Positions 8,286 through 17,791 of a stretch of DNA of 64,000 nt are shown piece by piece. Source of the DNA: a virus (lineage: Duplodnaviria > Caudoviricetes); IMG/VR virus record IMGVR_UViG_3300044740_000023, positions 21,806 through 85,805 of that record, one strand, 5' to 3'. Both the position numbers and the translations under genes were made by a program. Below the pieces are notes generated by a model. That model was not told the origin of the DNA. It made no database searches and was given only the letters and a program-made list of their open reading frames with translations. Every line of letters begins with the position of its first letter. Position 1 is the first letter of the stretch.

Positions 8286-9331
8286 ATGAAGGCAGCAGAT
8301 GTAAGAGAGGCGATCAAGCACAAGACCGCCGTCGCAATCGGTCGCGGCTTCGTCCGTGGCGAAGTGCCGACTACCTTGCGACAGGCCATCGTGCTGAAGA
8401 TCGACGGGCGCAAAGCGCGAGTCCGCTACGTGGACAACGGCACGCTTGGCAACGTCAACATTCGGGACATCTACAACGTCTGGCAGGAGTCCTACAAGAC
8501 CCGCGCGCCGGTACAGCCGAAGCCCGAAGGTCCGCAGGAGACTGAGGTCCGAAAGATTCCGCTTGGCGACATCTTTATCCCGTACTCGGATGAGTTGTTC
8601 GGCGGGAAACTCGGCTACCAGCGCAAGCGCACCGAAGAGGAAGCGATGAAGCTGGCGCTGAACCCGGACGTACACCGTTGGGAGTTCCCGCACGTCAGCG
8701 ACCGCACAACTACAGATGAGCCGTTGGGTCCGAATGGTGAGCGGTACGCGCTGCTCGACGGCGTGGCGCGCTACCACGCGCATGAGCTTCTTCTGCGCAA
8801 GGTGATGCGCTGCGAGGTTCACATCGGGCTGAGCCACGAGGCCGAGGCGAAGCTCTGCCACGATCTCTGGCGTGGGCGCAAACCGCACTCGTCGGGGCAG
8901 TCGTTTCAGGAGATGCTCGTCGCGGGCGATGCGATGCACGTCGCCATCGACAAGATTCTCAAAGGCGGCGGCTACCGGATCGGCGGCACGCGAAAAAGTC
9001 ACTCGGCTGTCCGCAGGCGGTCATCCGCGTGTACCTGCTCGATGAAAGCGGCGAGCACCTGCAAGCCGCACTCTGGCTGGCCGAACCGCTCGTCGAGGAG
9101 CGCAAACTGAAGGCTCCGATCTTGGAGGGACTTGCGTTGTTCCACAAAGAGTACGGGACTTCGGTCAACATGATGGCGTTCCGGCAGAAGCTCGCCAAAA
9201 CGTCCGTCACGGTCCTCGAAAAAGCGATGAGCCGTGCTGTTAGCTCTGGCAGTCAGGCCGATGAAGTCCGTACCGAGTGCATCAAGATATGGAACAAAGG
9301 CAAACGCGCCGAGGCGCGGCTCGCTGCGTAG
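8286..9331 (+). pseudogene. ParB/Srx-like (DUF6551-like) protein split by a -1 frame break near 8991-8998
   Basis: ORF 8286-9110 has YALLDGVARYHA and EAKL motifs; the -1 frame from CGA AAA AG reads KSLGCPQAVIRVYLLD... through ORF 9029-9331. Confidence 0.6.
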
Positions 9332-9333
9332 GA

Positions 9334-10224
9334 ATGGGCCGTCACCGTCGTAACCGACAGAAGCTACGTCACAAGCTGGAGGATCGCATTGGCGAAGAAC
9401 AGTTCGCGGACATCGTTCAGAGCGCAACTCAAGGCGAGTTGAAACACCCCGCGATGGTCGCCAACAGTCCGCAGCGCATACGGCGCATCGCGCGTGGGTG
9501 CGGGTATTCGCCCGCCGACGTTCGGCTCGCGTTCAAGGCACTCGCGTCGGCCTATCACGGCAAGGCGACGGGGTTCACCGAGCAGAGGTTCCGCGACATG
9601 AAGCGGGAGTTCAGCGAGGAGGAGCGCGAAGAGTTCGCGCGGCGCAAGCGGCACGCCGAATGGGACAAGAGATGGCACGAGGACGAGGAGGGCAGGCACC
9701 ACCGCGTCGAGGAACGACTGGCAGTCGCGCTCGCCAAGGAGGGGCCGTTCAACGATCTCGTCAACGAAGCGCTCGCGCTCGACATGGAGGACGAGGAGCG
9801 CATCGAATACCTGTACGAGCTACTGGAGGAGGATGGGCGCGAGAACATGGCGGTCGGCGTCCTCTACTTCGGCTACGGCCCGGAGTTTGAGGCGGCGCAG
9901 GAGCGTGAGCTTACCTTCGAGGAGGCGTGCGAGATGATCGACACGTTCGACGCGGAGGCAAAGGCCGACATGATCCAATGGGGCATCATCGTTTGCCTCA
10001 ACCGTGAACGTGGCAAAAAAGCCATCCAGCAGCGGCGCGAAGAAGGTCAGGAGGACCCCGACATCGTTGGTCGCCATCTCATGCGCATGCGCAACGGAAA
10101 GCCCGAGCGCGGCGAGGTCATCGCGCAGACGGCAACCGAGATTCTCGTCAAGTTCGAGGGCGCGGAGGAGGCCGAGCTATTCACCGCTGACAGCGTGATC
10201 GCAGAGATAGGAGCGAGAGATTGA
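9334..10224 (+). CDS. Hypothetical highly charged protein
   Basis: ATG 2 nt after upstream stop; ~296-aa ORF. Confidence 0.6.
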   Translation: MGRHRRNRQKLRHKLEDRIGEEQFADIVQSATQGELKHPAMVANSPQRIRRIARGCGYSPADVRLAFKALASAYHGKATGFTEQRFRDMKREFSEEEREEFARRKRHAEWDKRWHEDEEGRHHRVEERLAVALAKEGPFNDLVNEALALDMEDEERIEYLYELLEEDGRENMAVGVLYFGYGPEFEAAQERELTFEEACEMIDTFDAEAKADMIQWGIIVCLNRERGKKAIQQRREEGQEDPDIVGRHLMRMRNGKPERGEVIAQTATEILVKFEGAEEAELFTADSVIAEIGARD

Positions 10225-10547
10225 AGTCCTGGCAACGACTACAGAAAGGCGTGTTCAACCCGGTCGAGCAAGAGCGTGCGCGGCAACTGACCGCGAGCAT
10301 CGGCGCAGAGTGGGTGCCCGACGACGAGGTATGGCTCAACGACGAGTCGCGACTTGTCGATCAGGCAGACCAGACGCACTTGTGGTGCATGCCCGAGGGC
10401 ATGACGCTGGAGATCGGCTTCCCCGACCGTGATGTCCGCACGAACGAGGAACGTCTTGCGGCGCTGCGCGCGACCGATCCTGCGCTCGTCGCCAAAGGTT
10501 CACAACGCGACTGGAGACCCGGCATCCCGACCGGACCACATGCCTAG
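10221..10547 (+). CDS. Hypothetical protein
   Basis: TTGA coupling; AGGAG upstream. Confidence 0.5.
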   Translation: MKSWQRLQKGVFNPVEQERARQLTASIGAEWVPDDEVWLNDESRLVDQADQTHLWCMPEGMTLEIGFPDRDVRTNEERLAALRATDPALVAKGSQRDWRPGIPTGPHA

Positions 10548-10800
10548 AAAACGATCAGTACGAGAACGAGCGGAACGGCGCGCGGCTGCCTACGAGATTC
10601 CTTACGAGGAGGCCGAGGCGTTCGAGCGCCGTGCCGCTGCGCGCAAAGCGGCGCAGGACAGGCTGGAGAAACAGAAGGCGCACATGGAGGCGCGCATCCG
10701 CAAGCGCGAGCGCGAAGCCGAACGTGAGATTCTGTACCCGAAGGGCAAGTCCGTGCGCGCGATCCCTACCGCGTTTGAGCGCAACAGAAGGAGGCACTAA
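10540..10800 (+). CDS. Basic hypothetical protein
   Basis: Arg/Lys/Glu-rich; ends AIPTAFERNRRRH. Confidence 0.5.
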   Translation: MPRKRSVRERAERRAAAYEIPYEEAEAFERRAAARKAAQDRLEKQKAHMEARIRKREREAEREILYPKGKSVRAIPTAFERNRRRH

Positions 10801-11057
10801 TGTCCGCCGACGAATACGTGACAACGGAGCCAGAGCCAGCGACGGTGATCTTCCGCCGCGCGAACGGCATCCCCGAGTGGAAGTCGCTTACGCGGCGATT
10901 GCGACAGGAGCGGCGGGAGTTCGCCGGGGAGTTGGAGCAACTGGCCGAGCAGGGCGTGATCTGCCGGGGCCAGGGGTACGGGTCGTATCCGATTCCGGTG
11001 TTCTCGAAGGCTGCCAGTCCGCCAGCTTCTCACGGAGCTTCTTCACAGAAGCCGTGA
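10800..11057 (+). CDS. Hypothetical protein, last gene of the + arm
   Basis: TAATG coupling, SD AGGAGG; overlaps the 3' end of the sigma ORF on the opposite strand. Confidence 0.45.
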   Translation: MSADEYVTTEPEPATVIFRRANGIPEWKSLTRRLRQERREFAGELEQLAEQGVICRGQGYGSYPIPVFSKAASPPASHGASSQKP

Positions 11058-11547
11058 CTTGAGTCCGGCTGAGACCCATCAGTTCACCGATCTCCTGCTG
11101 ATCGAAGCCCGCGACTAACAGCGCGGCGATCTCCTGCTCGCCCTGCGTGACCGTCGAAGGGAACGTGAAGCGGTCGAGCACGGCTGCGAACGTCTGGTCA
11201 TCGCTCTCGGACAGGAAGGCGAGCATGAAGTGGTCCGTGGTGAAGTGCTCGCCGTCCGCGAACACCTGCCCGTAGGTCAGAGTCTCGATGTACCCGATGT
11301 GCCCGACGCGCGCGTAGCGCGTGGCAGCGTTGCGCTTGAGGTCCTTCACCAAGTTGGCGACGCACGAGTAGATGTACGCGCGTTCCGACATGCTTGACCG
11401 CGCCGGATCGAACACACGTTTGCTCTTGATGATCTTCAGCCGAAGCTCTTGCTGCATGTCCTCTGGCTCCAGCCCGACCATCGCCGCGAACATGTGGGAG
11501 GTCTTGAACACGAGACCTTCGTAGGCGGCGATCCCCAAGTCGTCCAT
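10888..11547 (-). CDS. Sigma-70 family (ECF-like) RNA polymerase sigma factor
   Basis: Region 2: EDMQQELRLKIIKSKRVFDPAR...AYIYSCVANLVKD; region 4 HTH: EQEIAALLVAGFDQQEIGELMGLSRTQVTASVKKLREKL. Confidence 0.85.
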   Translation of the reverse strand: MDDLGIAAYEGLVFKTSHMFAAMVGLEPEDMQQELRLKIIKSKRVFDPARSSMSERAYIYSCVANLVKDLKRNAATRYARVGHIGYIETLTYGQVFADGEHFTTDHFMLAFLSESDDQTFAAVLDRFTFPSTVTQGEQEIAALLVAGFDQQEIGELMGLSRTQVTASVKKLREKLADWQPSRTPESDTTRTPGPGRSRPARPVAPTPRRTPAAPVAIAA

Positions 11548-11570
11548 CTGCGCGGCAGGGTAGCACGACG

Positions 11571-12050
11571 CTACGACTGAAGTTGCGGCGCGGGCGTGAG
11601 TGCTGTCTGCGGAACGAAAAAGGCGGGCCGACCACCAGCAGGGTCTTTCCACCAGTCGGGGTTCTTTGCGCGTGCGCCGGATATGCAGCCGCAGACCTCG
11701 TACTCGAAGTCGCCGTCGATGTGAACCAGCACGAACTTCCAGTCGTCGGGGTCCTCGGGATGCACGATGAGGTTGTGCCATGTCTGCGAGCGCGAGCGGA
11801 CCTCAGTCGCCCGTCCGATGTCGGCGGGCTTCGGATGCAGCGAGCGGTAGTAGCACCCCGTCCACGGCAGGCGGTACACAATCGCCGCCGCAAGCTCGCC
11901 GCCCGCAGCCGCTATGTGCATCGCCTCGGGGTCCTGCTCGTCGTAGCCGTAGCGATCTGGCCGACCGTTCTCCAGCGCGCTCTTCTGCCGCGCGCGACCG
12001 ACAGCTTCCGCGAGGGCTACCTCATGGGGTCTCAGAATCACCCTCGACAA
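11571..12050 (-). CDS. Phage protein, possible PD-(D/E)XK-like nuclease fold
   Basis: GELAAA...ADIG...EVRS...LIVH...FVLV...CGCI...FFVPQ pattern typical of a common phage family. Confidence 0.4.
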   Translation of the reverse strand: MSRVILRPHEVALAEAVGRARQKSALENGRPDRYGYDEQDPEAMHIAAAGGELAAAIVYRLPWTGCYYRSLHPKPADIGRATEVRSRSQTWHNLIVHPEDPDDWKFVLVHIDGDFEYEVCGCISGARAKNPDWWKDPAGGRPAFFVPQTALTPAPQLQS

Positions 12051-12312
12051 CGGGCGTCACCCACGTCCCAAGCTCCGATGACCACTCCGCGCCCTTCGGC
12101 CCGACTACGTTCAGGGCAACGGGCGGCGGCGGGTGCTGCCATACCTCCAGCAGAATCCTGCCGCCCTGCGCGAGCGACGCAAGCTCGCCCGCGTCTAGCT
12201 CCCACACCGAGCACACCGCGTCGTCCTCGGACACGTATGCGGGCAGAGGCTTGATGCCCTCCTCGACACTCGTGAACTCGATGACGGTCTCGTCAGTCTT
12301 GATCGGTTTCAC
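12022..12312 (-). CDS. Hypothetical phage protein
   Basis: CSVWELDAGELASLAQGGRILLEVWQHPPPPV motif; probable GTG start at 12312. Confidence 0.5.
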   Translation of the reverse strand: MKPIKTDETVIEFTSVEEGIKPLPAYVSEDDAVCSVWELDAGELASLAQGGRILLEVWQHPPPPVALNVVGPKGAEWSSELGTWVTPVVEGDSETP

Positions 12313-12679
12313 CGCGCTGATCCTCCAGTCCAAGCGCGAACTCCAGTCGCGCCACTCGCGCCTCCAGGTCTTTGATGCGCTGCTCGCGCCCGCTGCCACC
12401 CTTGCGCGAGAGCGTGTAGCTGATCCCATGCTCGCCGCCGTCGTACTGCTCGACGTGCAGGTCAAGCTCCTCGCCCACCGGCAGTTCTTCAAACGACCGC
12501 AGCTTTGCGTTGACCGGATCACCGTTCAGACGCTCAGCCTCGATGTCGTAGATCGTGTAGCTGTGGCCGTTCGGGTGTTTGCCCCGGTAGCCGACATAGC
12601 AGTCGGTTATGCGCAGCCTCGTTTCGTGACGAGGCCGCGCACCCCCTTTTTGATCTCCTGTTGCCACGACTGAAGTCAC
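12293..12679 (-). CDS. Hypothetical protein, possible OB-fold
   Basis: Alternating beta-strand pattern followed by a short coiled coil. Confidence 0.4.
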   Translation of the reverse strand: MTSVVATGDQKGGARPRHETRLRITDCYVGYRGKHPNGHSYTIYDIEAERLNGDPVNAKLRSFEELPVGEELDLHVEQYDGGEHGISYTLSRKGGSGREQRIKDLEARVARLEFALGLEDQRGETDQD

Positions 12680-12701
12680 GCCAAGGTTCTTTGAAGAACC
12701 C

Positions 12702-13544
12702 TCAGCGAATCTTCAACCGGACCTTCGGCTGGTTTTCGACCTCTGGCTCGATGTGGCGCAGACGGAAGTAGTTGGCCGCGACCGCAACGATGTCGCACCC
12801 GTCCTCCGGTTCACCGAGCGCGCGAAAGCCGACGCGGAGCGCCTCTTCCTGCCCGCGCACGACGCACATGCGCTGCTTCTTGGCACCTTTCGTGCCAGCG
12901 GCGACGATGCGGCCCTTGCTGTCCTCGTACCAATGAACCTCGCGCCAGAGACCATCCTCGCCGTCCGGCGTGAAGATCAGGTACGGGCGCTTGATCGTTT
13001 CGCCCTTCTCGTTGCGCTGCTCGCCCGGCTCAGCAGCCTTGCCAGCGTCGCCCTCCGGGGCCGAAGATGAGCCAGCCTCCGCGCCGCTCTCCGATGAAGT
13101 GGACTCGTGGCCCGCTCCCGTAGGGTCCTCAGCGCCAGCCGCCTCCCCACGCTCCTCGCTGGATGCCTCGCTTGCGTTTGCGGCGGTCGCCCCATCCGCC
13201 GTCGCCGTAGGGTCGCCTTCGCCCTCGCCTTTCTCGCCGCCGTCAGTCGCAGTCGCACCAGGGGCAGGGGCGTCCTGTCCCGTGGGGGCATCCGACTGCG
13301 GGGGGCCACCGTTCCCGGCCTCGGTAGGAGGGACTTGAGTCGCGCCATCGGCACCCTCGCCAGGCTCGACTCGCTCGCCCTCCTTGTTGACGATGGGCGG
13401 CTCGCCCTCGGCGGCGATGCCCGCTGCGTGCGCCTCCTCCTCAGCGAACGGGTCCTCGCCCTGCTCGAACTCCTCCTCGCTGCCCGCGAACGGGTCATCG
13501 ACTGGCGACTCCACGCCACCACCGAACGGGTCTCCTGACTCCAT
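12702..13544 (-). CDS. Protein with long acidic disordered N-terminus (3 DPF motifs) and compact C-terminal domain
   Basis: MESGDPF...DDPF...EDPF; E/G/A-rich linker; SD AAAGGAG. Confidence 0.6.
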   Translation of the reverse strand: MESGDPFGGGVESPVDDPFAGSEEEFEQGEDPFAEEEAHAAGIAAEGEPPIVNKEGERVEPGEGADGATQVPPTEAGNGGPPQSDAPTGQDAPAPGATATDGGEKGEGEGDPTATADGATAANASEASSEERGEAAGAEDPTGAGHESTSSESGAEAGSSSAPEGDAGKAAEPGEQRNEKGETIKRPYLIFTPDGEDGLWREVHWYEDSKGRIVAAGTKGAKKQRMCVVRGQEEALRVGFRALGEPEDGCDIVAVAANYFRLRHIEPEVENQPKVRLKIR

Positions 13545-13554
13545 GATGCTCCTT

Positions 13555-14925
13555 TCAACGTGCCCGCATTTCCATGTTCGCGGGATCGAGTGTGAAATGA
13601 CCGACGCCTTCCTGCGTGTGGCGACACTTCACCCACAGCATCTCTGCGTCGGTGGGCTTTAGCCCTAACGACAGTTGTTCCTCTTCGCTTGCGTTCTTCT
13701 CCGGTTTGTGCAGCATCCCGATCAGGTCTGCGTTCGCCGCGATCTGACCGGAACCACGAAGGTCTGCCATCCTCGGAACCGGGTTGCCTTCCGACGCCCG
13801 TCCCATCTTCAGCGTGTGCGCGAGACACATCACCGCGACGTTGAGGTCCTTGGCGATGCTCTCCTTGAGGAAGCGCACCTTTACCTCGTCGCGGTCGTTC
13901 GCATCTTTGATCGGCTTGTCAGGGTCGATCTGTCGGAAGTGGTCGATGACAACGAAACCGACGTTGTGGCGTCGGATCGCCTCGACGATGAGCGCGCGCA
14001 GTTGTGAGAGCCGGAAGTTGCTGGCGTAGTTGAACAGCAGCGGCAGCCCGTCCCTCGCCTTCCATTCGCGCAGCAGCAGGTTGTACTCGGCCTGCGTCAC
14101 CTGTCCCTCGCGCAAGCGCATGCCGTCGATGCCGGTGAGTGACTGCGCCAGTCGCGTCGAGGAAGGTACGAGACCCATCTCCATCGACACGATTAGAGTT
14201 GCGATGCGGTGCTCCTCGGCCTTCTTCATCTGCCTCGCCGCGAAGCCCTCGGCGCACTTCCACCCCACTATCGACTTGCCCGCGCCGGGAGGACCAGCGA
14301 TGAAGCACAACTCGGTCGGCGCGATGCCCTTGGTGAAGTCGTCGATGAACGGGAACCCGGTGTAGACGGCAAGCTCGATGCCCTTTTCGCGCGCGAGGCG
14401 CTGGCGCTGGAGGTAGCGCGCGTAGTCCCTGCCGGTGTCCATCCACGAGAACAACTCGGCGCGGCGTGCGGTGCCGCTCGTGATCGCCAGGGCGTCGGTG
14501 CTCATCGTCGCCGCTACCTGCTCTGGCGTCAGTTGTCCTTGCACGAGTGACGCTGTTGCCGTATCTATAACCGCGAGCAGTTGACGCCCGCTGCTCAGCT
14601 TCTTCACGATTCCGGCGTGGTCCGTCACGTTTGCGGACATGTCCCGCAGAGATATGCGGTGCAGCAGTTCCCCGGCGACAAGCTCGGGCTTCACGTCCCA
14701 TGACTCGGCCAGGGTCGTGCGCAGGCGCTCCGCGATGGACAGCGGCTCGACCGGCTGATCGGCGTAGTAGCTCTCGACGGCTGCTTCGTAGAGCGCGCGT
14801 GCGTCGGCTCTGAGGAAGTCGGATGCCTCAAGTTGAGTCCCGACAACCTCCGCGATCATCTCCGGGTGGTGCAGCAAGCTCGCCGCCACGCTCCACTCGG
14901 CCTCGGGGTTCGCGAGTTCCGTCAC
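13555..14925 (-). CDS. dnaB: Replicative DNA helicase, DnaB family
   Basis: N-terminal NPEAEWSVAASLL; Walker A AGPPGAGKS; SMEM; IDHF; DLRGSGQIAANAD. Confidence 0.95.
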   Translation of the reverse strand: MTELANPEAEWSVAASLLHHPEMIAEVVGTQLEASDFLRADARALYEAAVESYYADQPVEPLSIAERLRTTLAESWDVKPELVAGELLHRISLRDMSANVTDHAGIVKKLSSGRQLLAVIDTATASLVQGQLTPEQVAATMSTDALAITSGTARRAELFSWMDTGRDYARYLQRQRLAREKGIELAVYTGFPFIDDFTKGIAPTELCFIAGPPGAGKSIVGWKCAEGFAARQMKKAEEHRIATLIVSMEMGLVPSSTRLAQSLTGIDGMRLREGQVTQAEYNLLLREWKARDGLPLLFNYASNFRLSQLRALIVEAIRRHNVGFVVIDHFRQIDPDKPIKDANDRDEVKVRFLKESIAKDLNVAVMCLAHTLKMGRASEGNPVPRMADLRGSGQIAANADLIGMLHKPEKNASEEEQLSLGLKPTDAEMLWVKCRHTQEGVGHFTLDPANMEMRAR

Positions 14926-15152
14926 TCTGCGAACGGATAGTCCGGGCGCGACGACACATCTGCCGCCGTCACGGGCTGTCTCTTGGGCTTCCCTGCGGAC
15001 TTTGCCTGCCGCCTCCGGTCAGGCTTATTCTCGTAGTAGGTCTCCAGCACCGTCGTCGCGAGGTCCTCGTCGCTGACGGTGTGCATCAGGTAGCGGTCTT
15101 GGTGTACGGCCTTTGCCGCAGCTTTCAACGCGCCATCATGCAGACGTGTCAA
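14922..15152 (-). CDS. Hypothetical protein
   Basis: GTGA coupling to dnaB. Confidence 0.45.
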   Translation of the reverse strand: MTRLHDGALKAAAKAVHQDRYLMHTVSDEDLATTVLETYYENKPDRRRQAKSAGKPKRQPVTAADVSSRPDYPFAE

Positions 15153-15894
15153 GTTCCACCTCGCTCACGGTAAGAGTGCGCCAGCGCAGGATGCCGTTGT
15201 CGCCTACCTCGCAGACAAGTCTCAGGTGCTCCCGAAACCATGCTGCCGCTAACTCTCCGCGCTGCTTCCAACTCTCATCTCCAGGGTTGCGTAGCCAAGT
15301 CTCTAAGTGACGTTGACGCTCTCGCACACTAGGCCGTGCGTCGGACGGAAGCGTGCGGATGGCAGCGTCGATTGTTGACTCAACTGAAGTCGCGACATCC
15401 TGTTCGACGAAGAACGAGATGCGGCTGGCAAGGTCGCCGGTGCCACGGAAGGTTCCGAAGATGTCCGTGAACTCTGTCGAACCTGCCTTGGTCTCGCGGT
15501 ATCTCTGCGCGCCTTTGAGCGCACGTACCAGTACCGCGATGTCAGGCTCCTCCTTGAGCGCGCGCTCCGCTGCGCGCATTCTGCTAGGGCTGTACGTCGC
15601 CTTCTTGCCGAAGATGCGCGCCCACTCGTCTATAAGCGTGCGACGCTCGTCGAGTCCTGGCAGCGTTTCGGGTTTCCCCCCGGACCCCCCATCCCTCTGC
15701 AAGTCCTCTTCTTGTCGGCCTTGCGGTGCGCTGTGAGCCGAAGCAAGAGGCGAAGCCTCTCCCCTACCCCCCGTACCCCCCACGCTATCAGGAATGTCAA
15801 TGGTGAGTGAAACGAGCTTCCCCCAAATTGCGCCGTTTCTGTCAACGAGGATGCCGTCCGATGTGACCTTCAGTCGCTTCTTCATGGGCAGCAC
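15136..15894 (-). CDS. Putative phage replication initiator/organiser
   Basis: Upstream of dnaB; low-complexity linker then helical domain (LIDEWARIFG...RALKE...RALKG). Confidence 0.4.
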   Translation of the reverse strand: MLPMKKRLKVTSDGILVDRNGAIWGKLVSLTIDIPDSVGGTGGRGEASPLASAHSAPQGRQEEDLQRDGGSGGKPETLPGLDERRTLIDEWARIFGKKATYSPSRMRAAERALKEEPDIAVLVRALKGAQRYRETKAGSTEFTDIFGTFRGTGDLASRISFFVEQDVATSVESTIDAAIRTLPSDARPSVRERQRHLETWLRNPGDESWKQRGELAAAWFREHLRLVCEVGDNGILRWRTLTVSEVELDTSA

Positions 15895-16191
15895 CTATAG
15901 CGACAGAACCCGAGTTCGGGCAACCGCCGTTCCCGCAATCACCAGGAGACTGATGCTCGCGCGCGCTCCGTCGCTTCGTAAATACCGGACGCCGGGTCGG
16001 TCGGCACCTTCTGGACCCACCCGCGAGCGATCAGCGGGCGCAGCCGGTTGAACATCGAGAGCGCCCGCGAGCGCCCGCTGTCGCTGTCCGAGAGCCACGT
16101 CCGCATCGGCCATTGGAACGAAAGCTCGTAGGCCGTCAGGCGCTCGCGGATGAGCGCGTACACGATGTCGTACTGGTACGGGTAGAGCGGC

Positions 16192-16443
16192 TCAGGGGCG
16201 CTCGACGCGCTTGACGCTGGCGGCAATCTCGGCAGCCTCCTCGGGCACGGCGATCTCCGCGATGACCTGCCGCGCGCGGTCGAACATCGCGTCGGGGATG
16301 TCGAGGTCCAGCGCGAAGCTCACGGTCGGCAGCGCTTCGCGGTTCGAGTCGTAGAGCGGCTCGTCGGTGGAGCGCACGGTCGCCGCGACTTTCGTTTTGC
16401 GGTTGCGCCCGCGCGCGACGCGCACGTAGGTCCTGACTTTCAT
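16192..16443 (-). CDS. Hypothetical protein
   Basis: ATGA coupling. Confidence 0.5.
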   Translation of the reverse strand: MKVRTYVRVARGRNRKTKVAATVRSTDEPLYDSNREALPTVSFALDLDIPDAMFDRARQVIAEIAVPEEAAEIAASVKRVERP

Positions 16444-16637
16444 CGTTCCGACGCCCGGCGCACCTCGGTACGCGCTTCCTTCTCCAGCCGCTCCGCGTGG
16501 ACGGTCGCGGTGATGGACTGTTCGCGTAGCTCCTTCGCCTTCGCGAGCGCCTCGCGCGCCTTGTGTAGCCGCTGCATGGCTTCGTGCTCGCTCAACTCGC
16601 CGTGCGTCCCTCGCAGGACTAGCCTCGGCATGGTCAT
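16440..16637 (-). CDS. Hypothetical coiled-coil protein
   Basis: ATGA coupling; AAAGGAGG upstream. Confidence 0.55.
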   Translation of the reverse strand: MTMPRLVLRGTHGELSEHEAMQRLHKAREALAKAKELREQSITATVHAERLEKEARTEVRRASER

Positions 16638-17791
16638 CCTCCTTTGGTCGGGACTACGGACGTGCTGGACACTCGCCGAAGCTCCAGGCTCCGGGCGAGG
16701 TCAAGCTCGCTCTTTCCGGCGATCTTCTCGACCGCCGTCTTGGACATCGTGATGGCCTCGTAGAACGAGTCTCCGAGCCGCTCGTGCAGGGCTTGGAGCG
16801 CCTGCGGTGGCAGGTAGCTCAGCTTGCGCTCAGAGACCCGCCAGCCGAGCCTCTCGCGCTCCTCTGAGGGCATCTGCTCGATCACTTCCTTGATGGCCTT
16901 CTCAGCGGCCTCCAGGTGCTTGCGCGTCTGCACGATCACGGGCAGGTCGTCGCGGATCAGCGCCTCCATCTCGTCGCCCTCGTCACCGAGCTTGATCCGT
17001 GTCTTGCGGCCCTCTTTCGTCTGCGGCGCGATCACGGCCAGCTTCATCCGCCACACCTTCGCCGCGCGCGTGGTCTCCGGGCAGGCGATAACCAGCGGGC
17101 AGTAGGCGCACCAGTCGTTCTGCTTCGGTTCGAGGTCCTCGTCGGCCAGCGCCGCCTTGATCGTTTCGATCAGCCACACCTTCATCTGCGCGCGCTGCAC
17201 TTCGTTCTTCGAGGTCAGCAGATTCCCGAACCTAAGTTGCTCGTAGCTCTGGAGCAAGCTCACGCACTCCGGGTAAAGCTCATGGATGCCGAAGTTGTAC
17301 GCCCACATCTGCGGATCGCGGTCCACATCTGCCTGACTCTTCGGCCACTTGCTGCTCTTGTAGTCGCGGTGGTAAAACGAGGTCGGGTCATCCGTGCGGC
17401 GGTAGAGCGCGTCGAGTTTGAAGCGGAAGTAGAACCATTCGCCGTCGATCTGGAAGAGCGGCACGCGCACGTCGGCCTCGGCGGTGACGAGTTCGTAGCC
17501 GAGCGGCGTGTCACCCCGGTACTTGCTGAGGTCGTCGCGCAGCAGCGCGAGGTCGTCGGGAAGGAGGTGAGCGGCGTAGGTCGGCCAGACTTGAGTCACG
17601 GCGTCCTGGTCGGTGGCCCCTTCCTCGACGGCGTGGATGGCGTCGTGGATCGCGCTGCCGTAGGCGTTCTTCCAGTCGGTTTCGCCGGGCACATGCCCTT
17701 CGTGGCGCTGCATGCCGTGGGCGAAGCGCATCGGGCACTCGCGCCAGTTGAGGAGGTCGGAGATGCCGATGCTGTTGCCGGGAAGCTTCAC
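16634..17791 (-). CDS. RecB-family / Cas4-like PD-(D/E)XK exonuclease
   Basis: ISDLLNWRECP...GSAIH, KLDAL, DYKS, QMWAY, CAYCPLVIAC (four-Cys Fe-S-type signature); GTG start with GGGAG SD. Confidence 0.85.
   Translation of the reverse strand: MKLPGNSIGISDLLNWRECPMRFAHGMQRHEGHVPGETDWKNAYGSAIHDAIHAVEEGATDQDAVTQVWPTYAAHLLPDDLALLRDDLSKYRGDTPLGYELVTAEADVRVPLFQIDGEWFYFRFKLDALYRRTDDPTSFYHRDYKSSKWPKSQADVDRDPQMWAYNFGIHELYPECVSLLQSYEQLRFGNLLTSKNEVQRAQMKVWLIETIKAALADEDLEPKQNDWCAYCPLVIACPETTRAAKVWRMKLAVIAPQTKEGRKTRIKLGDEGDEMEALIRDDLPVIVQTRKHLEAAEKAIKEVIEQMPSEERERLGWRVSERKLSYLPPQALQALHERLGDSFYEAITMSKTAVEKIAGKSELDLARSLELRRVSSTSVVPTKGG

Noticed and set aside
15895-16226. Gene in the gap before the replication initiator
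   Set aside because: Two overlapping candidate frames (15895-16113, 15939-16226) and no clear start or SD; probably coding but I cannot choose between them
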